Below, one piece after another: positions 10,840-20,850 of a stretch of 64,000 nucleotides of DNA. The position numbers were made by a program, and so were the translations under genes. Source of the DNA: an uncultured delta proteobacterium (GTDB taxonomy: Bacteria; Myxococcota; Myxococcia; Myxococcales; Myxococcaceae); contig CAVYSY010000030.1 of assembly GCA_963771175.1 (NCBI GenBank), forward strand, positions 128,001-192,000, read 5' to 3'. Under the pieces are notes generated by a model. The model was not told the DNA's origin. It saw nothing but the letters and a program-made list of their open reading frames with translations, and made no database searches. Within the stretch, counting starts at the first letter, position 1; the number at the start of each line of letters is the position of its first letter.

Positions 10840-12438
10840 ATGCCGTCGCGCGAAGCCGCCATGCAGGCGCCAGTGCGGCAGGAGGCCGGGTTGTCGCGGC
10901 GCATCCTGGACGCGCTGCCGTATCCCATCATGTGGAAGGGGCGCGACCTGCGCTATCTCGGGTGCAACGCCGCGTTCGCGAGGATCGCCGGGCTGGAGCA
11001 CCCCGACGCGGTGGTGGGCCTCAGCGACTACGAGCTGCCCTGGCGCAAGGAGGACTCGGACTTCTACCGGGAGTGCGATCAGCAGGTATTGGAGACCGGG
11101 GAGCCGCTGCCCGATTGCGAGGAGCCCGTCCGGGGCAGTGACGGCCTGCAGCGGTGGACGCAGACCAGCAAGGTGCCGCTCCGGGACGAGCACGGGGCCA
11201 TCTTCGGGGTGCTGGGCATCCTCATCGACGTCAGCGCGCGCCGCGAGGCGAAGGAGCAGCTCCAGGTGGCCGTCGCCGCGAGCGAGGCGGCCAACGCCAT
11301 GCTCAAGTCGGAGGTGGCCGAGCGCGAGGCCATGCAGCGTGCCCTGGCGACGAGCGAGATGCGGCTGCGCACCGCGATGCGGGGCGCGCAGATGGTCATC
11401 TGGGCATGGGCGCCGCGGGGCACCTTCACCTTCGCGGATGGAGGGGGGCTGGCCGCGCTGGGCCTGAAGCCGGAGGAGCTGATAGGGCGCTCGGTGTTCG
11501 AGCTCTACGGCGGCTTTCCGGAGATCATCGGGCAGGCCCGACGCGCCCTGGCCGGCGAGTCCTTCACCGGATACATCGCGATGGCCGGCTTCCACTACGA
11601 GACGCGGTACACGCCGGTGCTCGACGAGGCCGGCGCGCTCACCGGGGTGATTGGCATCGCCACCGACGTCACCGAGCGCATGCGCTACCACGAGACGCTC
11701 GAGGCGGAGCTGGAGCGGACGCGCCAGCAACTCCTACAGGTGGAGCGGCTGGCGACGCTGGGCACGCTGTCGGCCGGCGTGGGGCACGAGCTGCGCAACA
11801 TCTCCACCGTGCTCAACAGTCTGCGGGGCTCCTTCATCGAGTGCGCCGAGCGCGGAGTGCCGCCGGACCTGGAGGAGCTCGAGGAGCTGCGCTGGGCCTG
11901 CGAGCACGTGGCCACGCACGGGCGGCACCTGATGGACCTGGGCCGGCCCGGGCAGGCGAGGGTGGAGCGGTTGGACCTGCGCGAGCTGGTGTCGGGCTCG
12001 CTGTCGATGCTGCGCACCGCGGGCACCATCAAGCACGTGAAGGTGTCGTCCTCGGCGCCCGAGTCGCCCATCTGGGTCCAGGCGAGCCGGACGCGGGTGG
12101 AGCAGGTGCTGCTCAACCTGGTGAGCAACGCCGCCGACGCGGTGGAGTCGGTGCGCGACCGGCCCGCGGAGGTGCGGGTGCGCCTCTTCGAGGATGGTCA
12201 GCAGGGCTTCGCCTGCTGCCGCGTGGAGGACACCGGCGTGGGCATCCCCGAGGAGAAGCTCTCCTCCATCTTCGACCCCTGGTTCACCACCAAGCCCCCG
12301 GGCCGAGGTACGGGTCTGGGCCTGCCGGTGGTGCGCACCATCCTCCAGGAGTACGGGGGAGACCTGTCGGTGGAGAGCCAGGTGGGGAAGGGCAGTGCCT
12401 TCACCTTCCGGCTGCCCTCGGCGGCTCCGTCCCCCTGA
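10840..12438 (+). CDS. Cytoplasmic double-PAS histidine kinase
   Basis: Two PAS domains, GHELRN H-box, NLVSNAADA, DTGVGI, FTTKPPGRGTGLGL; GGGAGA RBS before ATG 10840. Confidence 0.92.
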   Translation: MPSREAAMQAPVRQEAGLSRRILDALPYPIMWKGRDLRYLGCNAAFARIAGLEHPDAVVGLSDYELPWRKEDSDFYRECDQQVLETGEPLPDCEEPVRGSDGLQRWTQTSKVPLRDEHGAIFGVLGILIDVSARREAKEQLQVAVAASEAANAMLKSEVAEREAMQRALATSEMRLRTAMRGAQMVIWAWAPRGTFTFADGGGLAALGLKPEELIGRSVFELYGGFPEIIGQARRALAGESFTGYIAMAGFHYETRYTPVLDEAGALTGVIGIATDVTERMRYHETLEAELERTRQQLLQVERLATLGTLSAGVGHELRNISTVLNSLRGSFIECAERGVPPDLEELEELRWACEHVATHGRHLMDLGRPGQARVERLDLRELVSGSLSMLRTAGTIKHVKVSSSAPESPIWVQASRTRVEQVLLNLVSNAADAVESVRDRPAEVRVRLFEDGQQGFACCRVEDTGVGIPEEKLSSIFDPWFTTKPPGRGTGLGLPVVRTILQEYGGDLSVESQVGKGSAFTFRLPSAAPSP

Positions 12439-12537
12439 CGGGCCCCGGGCGAGGTAGTTCCTCCGCCTGGTCGTAGAGGGTGCAGGCGGGAGGCGTGGTG
12501 GATAATGTCGCCCCCCCTCGTCTCCCAGGGCCCTCGC

Positions 12538-13293
12538 ATGCGCTGTCTCTTCCTCGCTCCGGTGTGTCTCCTCGTCGCCTGTGCCGGTACCGCTCCCGCG
12601 CGCCGCCCGGTCGTCGCCGCTCCGGCGGAGTCCGTCCCCGTGGCCGCCGAGGCCCCGCGCGAGGACGTGGTGGCGGAGGCGAACGCGCTGGCCACCGTGC
12701 TCGAGGTCATGCGGCTCGCGTCAGGCTCCCGGTCCCTGCACCTCGGCTTCGCGGCGGCTCCCTCGCGCGCCGCGGCCCTCATCGTCGAGCGCGCGGTGCA
12801 GCTCGTGGGGGTGAAGCAGCTCGGCCGCGTGGACCGTGGCGTCCCGGACGACTGCTCCGGCTTCGTGCGGCTCGCCTACCAGAAGGCCGGCATCGACCTC
12901 GTCAACCATGGCTTCCTCGATGGGGAGAACGCCGTCACCGCCATCTACCGCCGCGCGGAGAGCCGGGGCGCCCTCCACCAGCGCCGTCCGCGTCCGGGGG
13001 ACCTCGTCTTCTTCCGCGAGACGTATGACCGTAACCGCGATGGCCAGCGCAACGACGGGCTGACCCACATCGGCGTCGTCGAGAGCGTCGAGCTCGATGG
13101 CACGGTCACCTTCATCCACCGGGGGAGCAAGGGCATCGCCCGCTCGCGCTTCAACCTCTTCTTCCCGCGCACCCACCGCATCGGCGAGGGCGGGCCCGTC
13201 CTCAACGACTTCCTCCGGGCCGCGGCACGGGGCCAGCGCGCCTGGCTGACCGGCGAGCTCTTCGTCGGCTTCGCCTCGCCTGGGTCTTTGTAG
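12538..13293 (+). CDS. NlpC/P60 (CHAP-like) lipoprotein, putative peptidoglycan hydrolase
   Basis: Lipobox LVAC; DCSGFV, PGDLVFF and THIGVV motifs. Confidence 0.85.
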   Translation: MRCLFLAPVCLLVACAGTAPARRPVVAAPAESVPVAAEAPREDVVAEANALATVLEVMRLASGSRSLHLGFAAAPSRAAALIVERAVQLVGVKQLGRVDRGVPDDCSGFVRLAYQKAGIDLVNHGFLDGENAVTAIYRRAESRGALHQRRPRPGDLVFFRETYDRNRDGQRNDGLTHIGVVESVELDGTVTFIHRGSKGIARSRFNLFFPRTHRIGEGGPVLNDFLRAAARGQRAWLTGELFVGFASPGSL

Positions 13294-13350
13294 TCACCTC
13301 GGCGCTCGTGTGGGTTTGAAGCTCGGCGCCGCTCATGCGTAATGAGGTGC

Positions 13351-13779
13351 ATGCGATTCGCACTGCTCCTCGGACTCCTTTGCCTCGCTCCCGGCTGCGT
13401 GCTCCATGCTCGCGGCTACTACCCCCGGCCCGCACCGCGCCCGGCGCCCGCTCCGGTCCGCCCCGCTCCGTCTCCCCCGCCTCGCGTCATGTCGTACGAC
13501 GAGGCCGTCTCGCTCGGCCTGGGACAGTGCCGCTCCCGTGGCTACCGGTGCGAGCTGAAGGAGGCCCACCTGAAGGGGAACGACGTGTGGAAGGTGAAGT
13601 TCCGCGCCTTCGCCTCCGGCGCCAAGGGCCACCTGCACCTCGAGTACGACGCCTGGTCCCGCGCGCTCCTCAAGGTCGACGAGAAGGTCAAGGACCGGGA
13701 CCACGACTGGGATGACGACGACGACGGCCGGGGGCATGGCCGTGGCAAGAAGAAGGGCCATGCGAAGTGGGATGACTGA
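13351..13779 (+). CDS. Lipoprotein with PepSY-like domain and Asp/Gly/Lys-rich tail
   Basis: Lipobox LAPGC, Pro-rich linker, MSYDEAVSLG...WKVKF...LEYDAWSRALL. Confidence 0.65.
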   Translation: MRFALLLGLLCLAPGCVLHARGYYPRPAPRPAPAPVRPAPSPPPRVMSYDEAVSLGLGQCRSRGYRCELKEAHLKGNDVWKVKFRAFASGAKGHLHLEYDAWSRALLKVDEKVKDRDHDWDDDDDGRGHGRGKKKGHAKWDD

Positions 13780-13796
13780 GGTGGGGTGAGGGGGCG

Positions 13797-16295
13797 CTAC
13801 TTCTTCGTCAGCGTGCGGATGGCGTCCTCCGCCTCGTCCTGGCCGCAGTTCTTCGAGCCGAGCAGCGCCTTCTCCCGGGGCTGCTCGCTCAGCCGCTTCA
13901 GCGCTGGCACCGCGTCCGCGTCTCCCAGCGCCGCGAGCCGCCGCGCCGACCGCGCCCGCGTGCCGCAGTTCTTCGACTCGAGCGAGCGCATGTACAGCCT
14001 CACCAGGTTCAGCCCGTCGGTGGACTGCACCGCCTCGAGGTAGCGCAACGCGCCCCACTGCTTCGGCGAGGGCTCCTCGGTCGCGAGCTCCTCGAAGTGC
14101 TCCTTCACGCGCTCCTTGGGGAGGATGGACAGCACCTTGCGCAGCCCCTTGTCCGTCTCGTCCTCTCCGAAGTCCTCGGCCAGCGCGTCCAGCACCTGGC
14201 CCTCGACGGACTCGCGCGCCTCCATGTCCAGCCCCGCCAGCACCGAGTGCTCCTCCCCGTGCCGGCTCAACCCGTGCAGCGCCCGCGCGCGCACCTGCCG
14301 CATCGCCGCGGCCTTGTCCTTCTTCACTTCCGCCGGGACGTCCTCCAGGCGCTTCAGCGCGTCCACGGGCTTGTCCGCCTCCAGCAGCTCGCGCGCCTGG
14401 TACACGGGGTCGTCGCGGCGCACCAGCTCGAACGTGCCGACGCCCAGCACCACCACCAGCCCCAGCCCCACGCCCGCCGTCCGGCCCGGGTTGGCGCGCA
14501 CGACGGCCAGCACCCGCTCGGCCACCGCACCCAGCATCGGTGCCACCAGCTTCCACACCTTCCGCAGCGGCTGCACCACCGGGGCGAAGCGCTCCTCGAG
14601 TGGGGGGCTCATGGACACCTCGTCCTGGCCTCCGAAGGGCAGGCCCTCCGCGGCCCGGCGGCAGCGGTAGAGCTGGAGCGGCTCGCCATTGCCCGGCATC
14701 GGCACCGTGCCGCGGGGCTCGGAGTCTCCCTCCACCCGGCTGCGCGCGAGGTTCACCGACTCGGTGAAGATGACCTCACCGGCCTCGGCCACCGCCTCCA
14801 CCGCCTTCACCACCTCCATCGGCTCGCCCAGCACCGCGTCGCGCGTGACGAGTACCTCGCCCGTATGGAGGCAGATGCGCACGGGGAGCTGCTCCTCCGG
14901 GGCGCACTGCTGGTTGTGCCGCCACAGCCGGTCCTGCAGGGCCATGCCGCACAGCACCGAGTGGGTGGGCGAGGGGAAGACGGCCAGCAGCGAGTTCCCC
15001 CGCTTCTGCACCAGCTTCCCGCCGTACTCGCGCAGCAGCGGCAGCAGCAGCCCGTCGTGCGTCTCCAGCATCCGCGCGTTCTGCTCGTGCGTCTGCCGCG
15101 AGGTGCGCTCGGTGTAGCCCTGCAGGTCGGTGAGCATCACCGTCAGGTTCTGGGGCTTGCCCAGGAGCGTGCTGCTTCCGGCGACGCCAGGCACCGTGCC
15201 CGAGGGCTTGAGGCCCTGGAAGCCCGTGACGCCGTGCATCGGCTTCTCGGGCTCCGCGACTTCGGGGGCCGCGAAGGCGAGCGTGCCCGAGGGCGGAGAA
15301 GGAGCCGGTTCCGTCGAGGGCGCGGCGAAGGCGGCCGTGCCACCCCCGAGCGAAGCGGGCGGAGGCGCGAGGAAGGCCGTGATGCCCGAGGAGGGGGGGG
15401 CCGCGCCCGATGCCGCCGCGAAGGCTCCCATCGCCACGCCCTGGGCACCCGCGGCCGCGGCGGCGCCGAGTTCATCCACCAGCGCGTTCGCGTGGGGCAG
15501 TCGCTGGCCGGGGTCCTTCTGGAGGAGCTGCATCACCAGCGCGGCGAGCGCCGGGTAGGCGCCGAGCGTGGGCGCGGCCTCGAGGAGGGGCAGGGGCGCG
15601 GCGGCGGCGTGCTGGGCGACGTACTGGGTGGGCCCCGGTCCCGGGAAGGGGAGCTGGCCCGAGAGCACGCGGTAGGCGAGCACCCCGAAGGAGTACAGGT
15701 CGCTGCGCGGGTCCACCGGCGCCCCCACCGCCTGCTCCGGGGAGAGGTACTCCGGCGTGCCCACCACCAGGCCCACCTGGCTGAGGTTGCTCGCCGTGTC
15801 CGGCTCCACCAGCCGGGCGATGCCGAAGTCCAGCAGCCGGGCCTGCTCGCCGCGCAGTCCCTTGGTGAGGAGCACGTTCTCCGGCTTGAGATCCCTGTGG
15901 ATGATGCCCTTGTCGTGGATGGCCGCGAGCCCCTCGGCGAGCTGGTACAGCAGGGGCAGCGCGCGCGAGGGCGCCATGGCCCCCTGCTGGAGCACGTCGT
16001 AGAGGTTCTCCCCCTCCACGTACTCCATCACCAGGCAGGCGCCGACCCCCGCCTCGCCATAGTCGATGACGCGCACCACCGCCGGGTGATCCACCGCGGA
16101 CAACAGGCGCGCTTCACGCTTGAAGCGCTCGATCATGCTGGGGTGCACCATCAGGTCCGCGTGCAGGACCTTGATGGCCACCTTGCGGCCGAGTGACACC
16201 TGCTCACCGAGGTAGACCTCGCCCATGCCACCTGCTCCGAGGAGCTGGAGCACGCGGAAGCGGCCATCGAGGACGAGAGTACCGGGGTCGATCAC
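13797..16295 (-). CDS. Ser/Thr protein kinase + class III nucleotidyl-cyclase-like domain + TM + HEAT-like repeats
   Basis: GAGGMGEVY, VAIK, HRDLKPEN, DFG, GTPEYLSPE; VMLTDLQGYT...RICLHTGEV; TM GVGLGLVVVLGVG. Confidence 0.9.
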   Translation of the reverse strand: MIDPGTLVLDGRFRVLQLLGAGGMGEVYLGEQVSLGRKVAIKVLHADLMVHPSMIERFKREARLLSAVDHPAVVRVIDYGEAGVGACLVMEYVEGENLYDVLQQGAMAPSRALPLLYQLAEGLAAIHDKGIIHRDLKPENVLLTKGLRGEQARLLDFGIARLVEPDTASNLSQVGLVVGTPEYLSPEQAVGAPVDPRSDLYSFGVLAYRVLSGQLPFPGPGPTQYVAQHAAAAPLPLLEAAPTLGAYPALAALVMQLLQKDPGQRLPHANALVDELGAAAAAGAQGVAMGAFAAASGAAPPSSGITAFLAPPPASLGGGTAAFAAPSTEPAPSPPSGTLAFAAPEVAEPEKPMHGVTGFQGLKPSGTVPGVAGSSTLLGKPQNLTVMLTDLQGYTERTSRQTHEQNARMLETHDGLLLPLLREYGGKLVQKRGNSLLAVFPSPTHSVLCGMALQDRLWRHNQQCAPEEQLPVRICLHTGEVLVTRDAVLGEPMEVVKAVEAVAEAGEVIFTESVNLARSRVEGDSEPRGTVPMPGNGEPLQLYRCRRAAEGLPFGGQDEVSMSPPLEERFAPVVQPLRKVWKLVAPMLGAVAERVLAVVRANPGRTAGVGLGLVVVLGVGTFELVRRDDPVYQARELLEADKPVDALKRLEDVPAEVKKDKAAAMRQVRARALHGLSRHGEEHSVLAGLDMEARESVEGQVLDALAEDFGEDETDKGLRKVLSILPKERVKEHFEELATEEPSPKQWGALRYLEAVQSTDGLNLVRLYMRSLESKNCGTRARSARRLAALGDADAVPALKRLSEQPREKALLGSKNCGQDEAEDAIRTLTKK

Positions 16296-16534
16296 GGGCG
16301 CTGCATCTTCGCCGGAAATGGGGGTCGCGGGCAGGGGGCACTGCGTGAAATGGCGGCGCTACTCTGCCTGCCCTCCTGCCAGTGGGACAGCAAAACCCGA
16401 CGCTCCGCCTCCCGCGCGGTTCTCCCGGATGGCTCGAAGTGAACCTCTCGTGGTGACGTCGAGGCGCGGAGTGGGGGGATGTGTGGACGCCCTGGCCGGG
16501 TACTTTGAATGGGGCCACGGAGGTTGCCGAGGTC

Positions 16535-17279
16535 TCAGCCGGTCATCTTCCGGTAGCAACTCCGGCACAGCGGCTTGTTCATGGTGGCCGGGAACTCCTT
16601 GCCGCAGCCGTGACAGTAGCTGTCTTCGTAGTCCGCGTTCTCGTACTCAGCCCACTTCTGGAAATCGTCCCAGCAGTACGGCTTCTCCGGGTCAAGCTCG
16701 ATGGAGAGGGCGCACCGGATGCAGAACCCGTGGGTCACCACGGGCGCACGGGGGCCCTCCACGTTTCTGCTCCTCCTAGGGACACGAGAGTCCTCCTCCT
16801 CATTGACGCCCGCGCGCTTCAGGATGTCTTCGCGTGAGAGGAAGTGCGGCTCAATCTCCTGTCGGAAGAACTTCCGTATCTGGGCAACGTCCGCTGGGTC
16901 CTGCGACCACAGCCCCACCTCGATGCTGGAGAGGAACGAGGAGGAGAGCAGGTTCAACGAGGTGATGATGACCTCGGACTCCGACCAGTAGAGCTTCGCG
17001 TGGAGTTTCGGGAGGACGCGGATTCTGAAGTCCCCGCTCCGTGAGTTCCTGGAGGTGCTCGTTGAAGGTCCGAGCGAAGGCATGGACATCCTCGTCGAGC
17101 CGGAAGACCACGGTGACGGAGACCTTGTTGTTCAGCGCCGCCCGAATGGCCTGACCGAGGCGGTTCTCTCCTCCCAATGTGATGTAGGGGGAGACGAGCC
17201 ACACCTCCTTCCGCGCGTTCTTGATGAGCGAGAGGAGTCGGCTGATGGTCTCGTCCGTGTTCAGGAGCGTCAGGTTCAC
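16535..17279 (-). CDS. PLD-family (nuclease-type) protein with C-terminal Cys clusters (frameshift at ~17030)
   Basis: LIKNARKEVWLVSPYI in one frame; LHAKLYWSESEVIITSLNL...SIEVG, CIRC, CHGC and CRSC in the other. Confidence 0.78.
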
Positions 17280-17312
17280 GCCGCCAGCATGCTTGGATAC
17301 CGAACCGTGCGT

Positions 17313-17334
17313 CACTCGTTGACGTCAACGAGTG
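17313..17334. repeat. Perfect 22-bp palindrome CACTCGTTGACGTCAACGAGTG, copy 1
   Basis: Read directly; self-complementary. Confidence 0.97.
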
Positions 17335-17354
17335 GTGTGTGTGGATGTGGGATG

Positions 17355-17374
17355 CTCATTGACGTCAACGAGTG
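17355..17374. repeat. Near-perfect palindrome copy 2 (CTCATTGACGTCAACGAGTG), centre 40 bp from copy 1
   Basis: Read directly; one mismatch to copy 1 over this span. Confidence 0.95.
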
Positions 17375-17494
17375 TGCGTGGGGGAGGGGCCCCGGGCGTC
17401 CTGTGCTGTCGGGTGGTGCTACGCTGGCCCACCTCGGAGGTTGAGCATGCACGGGGGCATTGGGGCGGGCGTGTCGACGGGGAGGCGGGGACGG

Positions 17495-19473
17495 ATGTTG
17501 GCGGGGCTGCGCGGGCGCCGGGCCGGGAATGACGACGCCCTGGCGGCTTCGCTGCCCCCCCTGGGCACCACGGTGGGCGGGTTCCTGCTGGAGTCCTTCG
17601 TGGGGGAGGGGGGCTTTGGCACCGTGTACCTGGCCCGGCGTGGCGGGCAGGTGTTCGCGGTGAAGTTCACCTCGCTGCTCTTGGCGGCGGAGTGGGGGCG
17701 CAGGGAACTGGGGGTCATGCTGCGCCTGGAGGAGGTGGGCGGCGTGGGGCTGAAGGGCCATGGCTTCTGGCCGGATGAGGCGCCCCGCTTCCAGTTCATC
17801 GTCATGGAGTACGTCCCGGGCTGGGAGCTCGATGTCTGGGCCCTGCATCGCAATCCCACCGCCCTGGACGTGGTGGACGTGCTGCTGGAGCTGACGCGGG
17901 AGGTGGCGGTGGTGCATGAGGCGGGGGTGGTGCACCGCGACATCAAGGGCAGCAACGTGCTGGTGCGCGAGGAGGACGGGCTGGCGGTGCTGGTGGACTT
18001 CGGCGTGGCCACCTACGCCGGGGCGCCGCGCGTGACGGGCCCGGAGGTGCCCGGGTGCCGGGAATACCTCAGCCCCGAGGTGGTGGGCTTCAACCGGGAG
18101 CGGGCACCGGGTGAGGACTACCTCCCCCGGGCGCAAGACGACCTGTGGGCGCTGGGGGTGGTGACCTACAAGCTGCTGACGGCCACGTACCCCTTTCGTG
18201 GGCACAACGCGTTGGAGGTGGAGAAGGCCATCCTCGAGCAGGCCCCCGAGCCGCCGCACATGCGCAACCCGCGTGTGCCCCGGGCGCTGGGGGAGGTGTG
18301 CCTGCGGCTGCTGGAGAAGGCTCCCGAGGCGCGCTACCCGGACGCGGACGCGGTGGCCGAGGCTCTGGAGGAGGTGCGGCGGGGAGCGGACGAGGCGTGG
18401 ACGGTGCCGCTGTGCGAGGCCTGGGGCCCCGACGCCGCCACCACCGGGCGCACCGGGGCGCTGTCGCCGGAGGAGCAGCGAGCCCGGTTGAGGCGGCTGG
18501 TGGAGTACGAGCAGCGCCACCCCCGGCGGGGCCAGCCCCGGCCCGTCCCGGAGGAAGCGTCTGTGCCCCCGGTGGCGCCGCCGCCCCCGCCGGGCGCGGC
18601 CGTGGCCTCGTCGGCGCGGCCTCGGAAGGGCGTGCGCGGGGCGCTCTGGCGGTGGGGGGCCGTGGCGGCTTCCGTGCTGGCCGTGGGGATGCTGGCCCTC
18701 GTCGCCACCGGGCACCGGGGCCGGCCGCGAGGTCCCCGGAGGCGGTGCCGCCCCCCACGTTCCCGGTGGACTTCCTTCCACCAACGCTGGAAGTCATCCT
18801 CGGGTCCGGCCAGGAAGTGGCGCCCCCGTGGATGTCGCCGGAAGGTGGCGCGGGCGCGGCGCCCTCCGAGGCGGCAACCCCCGCGTCCGTCGCCAGCGCG
18901 ACGCACCCAGAGGACACCACGAGCGTGAAGACTCCACGGCGGACCCGCGAGACGCGAGACGAAGGCTCGGCGGCAGGGGAATTGCTCGACGGCGGGAAGG
19001 GTGGGCGGCGCCCTGCTCGCCTGCTGCCTGGGCTCGGGCTGCCCCGGTTCCGGCACCCAGGTACGTCCCCAGCCCCCGCCCGCCGAGTGCCCGGCCGGGG
19101 CCGCGGAGGCCATGGAGAAGCTGGGCGCCCGGGAGCCGGGTCGGACGTCACCCTCGTCGAGGGCAATGCCCGTGTCCTCACCGTGAGCGGGGGCGAGGTC
19201 ACCGTGCGTCTTCATCGACAGCACCGGGAAGCTGGTGGTGGGCTCCACCTTCACGGGGCAGCTCATCATCGGCGAGTCGCGCGTGTATGGCCGTTTCACC
19301 CGGGGGCGCCTGCCCAATGGGGAGACGTTCCCCGTCTGCTTCGAGTTCATCGCCCGTGAGAAGCCAGGGGTGGAAGAAGAGCCGGGGCGCTGATCGAGGG
19401 GCCCGCGCCCGAGCCGGGCCTCGCGCGCATCTTCTCCACCGAGATTGCGCGGCCGGTGAAGCGCTTCCACTGA
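17495..19473 (+). CDS. Myxobacterial Ser/Thr kinase with TM and C-terminal extracytoplasmic domain (several frameshifts after ~18710)
   Basis: GEGGFGTVY, FAVK, HRDIKGSN, VDFGVA, EYLSPE; C-terminal pieces in shifting frames (GCPGSGTQVRPQPPPAECPAGAAEAMEKLG; RVYGRFTRGRLPNGETFPVCFE; ARIFSTEIARPVKRFH*); GGAGG RBS. Confidence 0.82.
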
Positions 19474-19583
19474 CACCGCGAGGCGCGCGGGCCTCGGGGC
19501 GGAACCTGGTGCGAATGTGAGGACAGGGAGGGGTCAACGTCCGAGGTGCTTGTTAAACTCCTCCACTCCGGAGGTCATGTCCC

Positions 19584-20526
19584 ATGCTCGCGCTTCCCGC
19601 CGCCCTCGCCTTGTTCGTGCTCCTCGTCGAGTGCTCCCGCCGCCGCCCAGTCCGACCCCGAGACCCTGGCGAGGGGGGCGCCAGCTGCTTCTTGTCGGCC
19701 AGTGCGTCGCGGCAGGTTCATGAGGTGCGCATCGGTCCCGGCACGTCCCTCAACCTGTTCTTCGACGCCCCGGTGCAACTGGTCGAGCTGGAGGCGCGCG
19801 AGCACTTCCGCCGGGTGGAGGTGGTGGAGGACTCCATCCTCCTCCTGGCCTCGCGCGAGCTGAAGCCGGAGCGGCGGCTGCGGATGCCGGTGCGCTTCGT
19901 GGACGGGCAGCCTCCATCGCTCGTGGACTTCGTGCTGGTGGTGGTGCCTCCCGGCCCAGGCCTGAGCACCAGGTGGAGGTGTTCCGCCCCCGTGCCCCGG
20001 AGGTCTGCCAGGAGGAGGCACGGGAGGAGCGCGAGAAGGCGCGGCAATGCCAGGCCGAGCTGGAGCGGGAGCGCGCGGTGCCGAAGGGGTTGGGGGACTC
20101 ACGGGTCTGCTCGCCCCGGAGCAGATGGATGGCCAGGGCGTGTCCGCTCTTCCGCTCCGGCTCACCTGGCTGGACGGGCAGGCGCTCCGGTGGCGGTGGG
20201 CCATCAGCTATCGTGCTACCTGTCCGCGCGAGGAAGGAGAAGGCGAGGAGCAGCCCGTGATGGTGCGGGTGGCAATGGTGTTGTGGGTGGAGAACGAGAG
20301 CCTTCAGCCCTGGACGGCGCGGGCGCGGAACTGGTGTCCGAGAAGGGGGGCCGGCATGCACTGTCGGTGTGGCAGCGGGGAGCCATCGTCCCGGGCGCCG
20401 GGAAGCAGCGCATCGTGGTGGAGGGCGGAGTTGCCGCAGGCGGAGTCCCGGGGCACCTTCACGCTCGCGTTGTGGGAGGAGGGGCGGGAGCGTCCCGTCA
20501 CCCTTGGAGGCGTGTCCTTCCCATGA
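19584..20526 (+). CDS. DUF2381 family (Myxococcales paralogous family) exported protein, several frameshifts
   Basis: Signal peptide; EVRIGPGTSLNLFFD, VRFVDGQPP, QVEVFR, GGLTGLL, PWTA, SRGTFTLALWEEGRERPVTLGGVSFP*; follows a kinase, as is usual for the family. Confidence 0.8.
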
Positions 20527-20609
20527 GGCCGGAGGGGCCAGGGTGCTACCCTGACGGGTAACGGAGAGGGAGACTCCTTCATGCCTGGAAGATCGCCGCT
20601 GTCGCTCCT

Positions 20610-20850
20610 TTGCTCGCCACCGTCATGACGGGATGCGGTCAGACGGAGTTTGGACCCAATGGCTCGATTCCGATGGCCCTCCACAGGGACACGACGAATG
20701 CTCAGCGGAAGTGCCGGATGGGCAAGCACGAGTGGCTGGAGAAATGCGGGACGGATTTTAGAACCAGGTCTCGCGAGGCAGCAGGTGGCATGTCCGGTCG
20801 AGTGTCGTCCCGACAGAGTGATGAGAAGGGAAGCGCATGAACTGGCGTAG
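20610..20850 (+). CDS. Small Cys-containing putative lipoprotein (start and frame uncertain)
   Basis: LLATVMTGC lipobox-like motif, KCRMGKHEWLEKC, then CPVEC in a second frame. Confidence 0.35.

Noticed and set aside
17313..17374. Two palindromes 40 bp apart as a mini CRISPR array
   Set aside because: Only two units, a spacer of about 20 nt, fully palindromic repeats and no cas genes.
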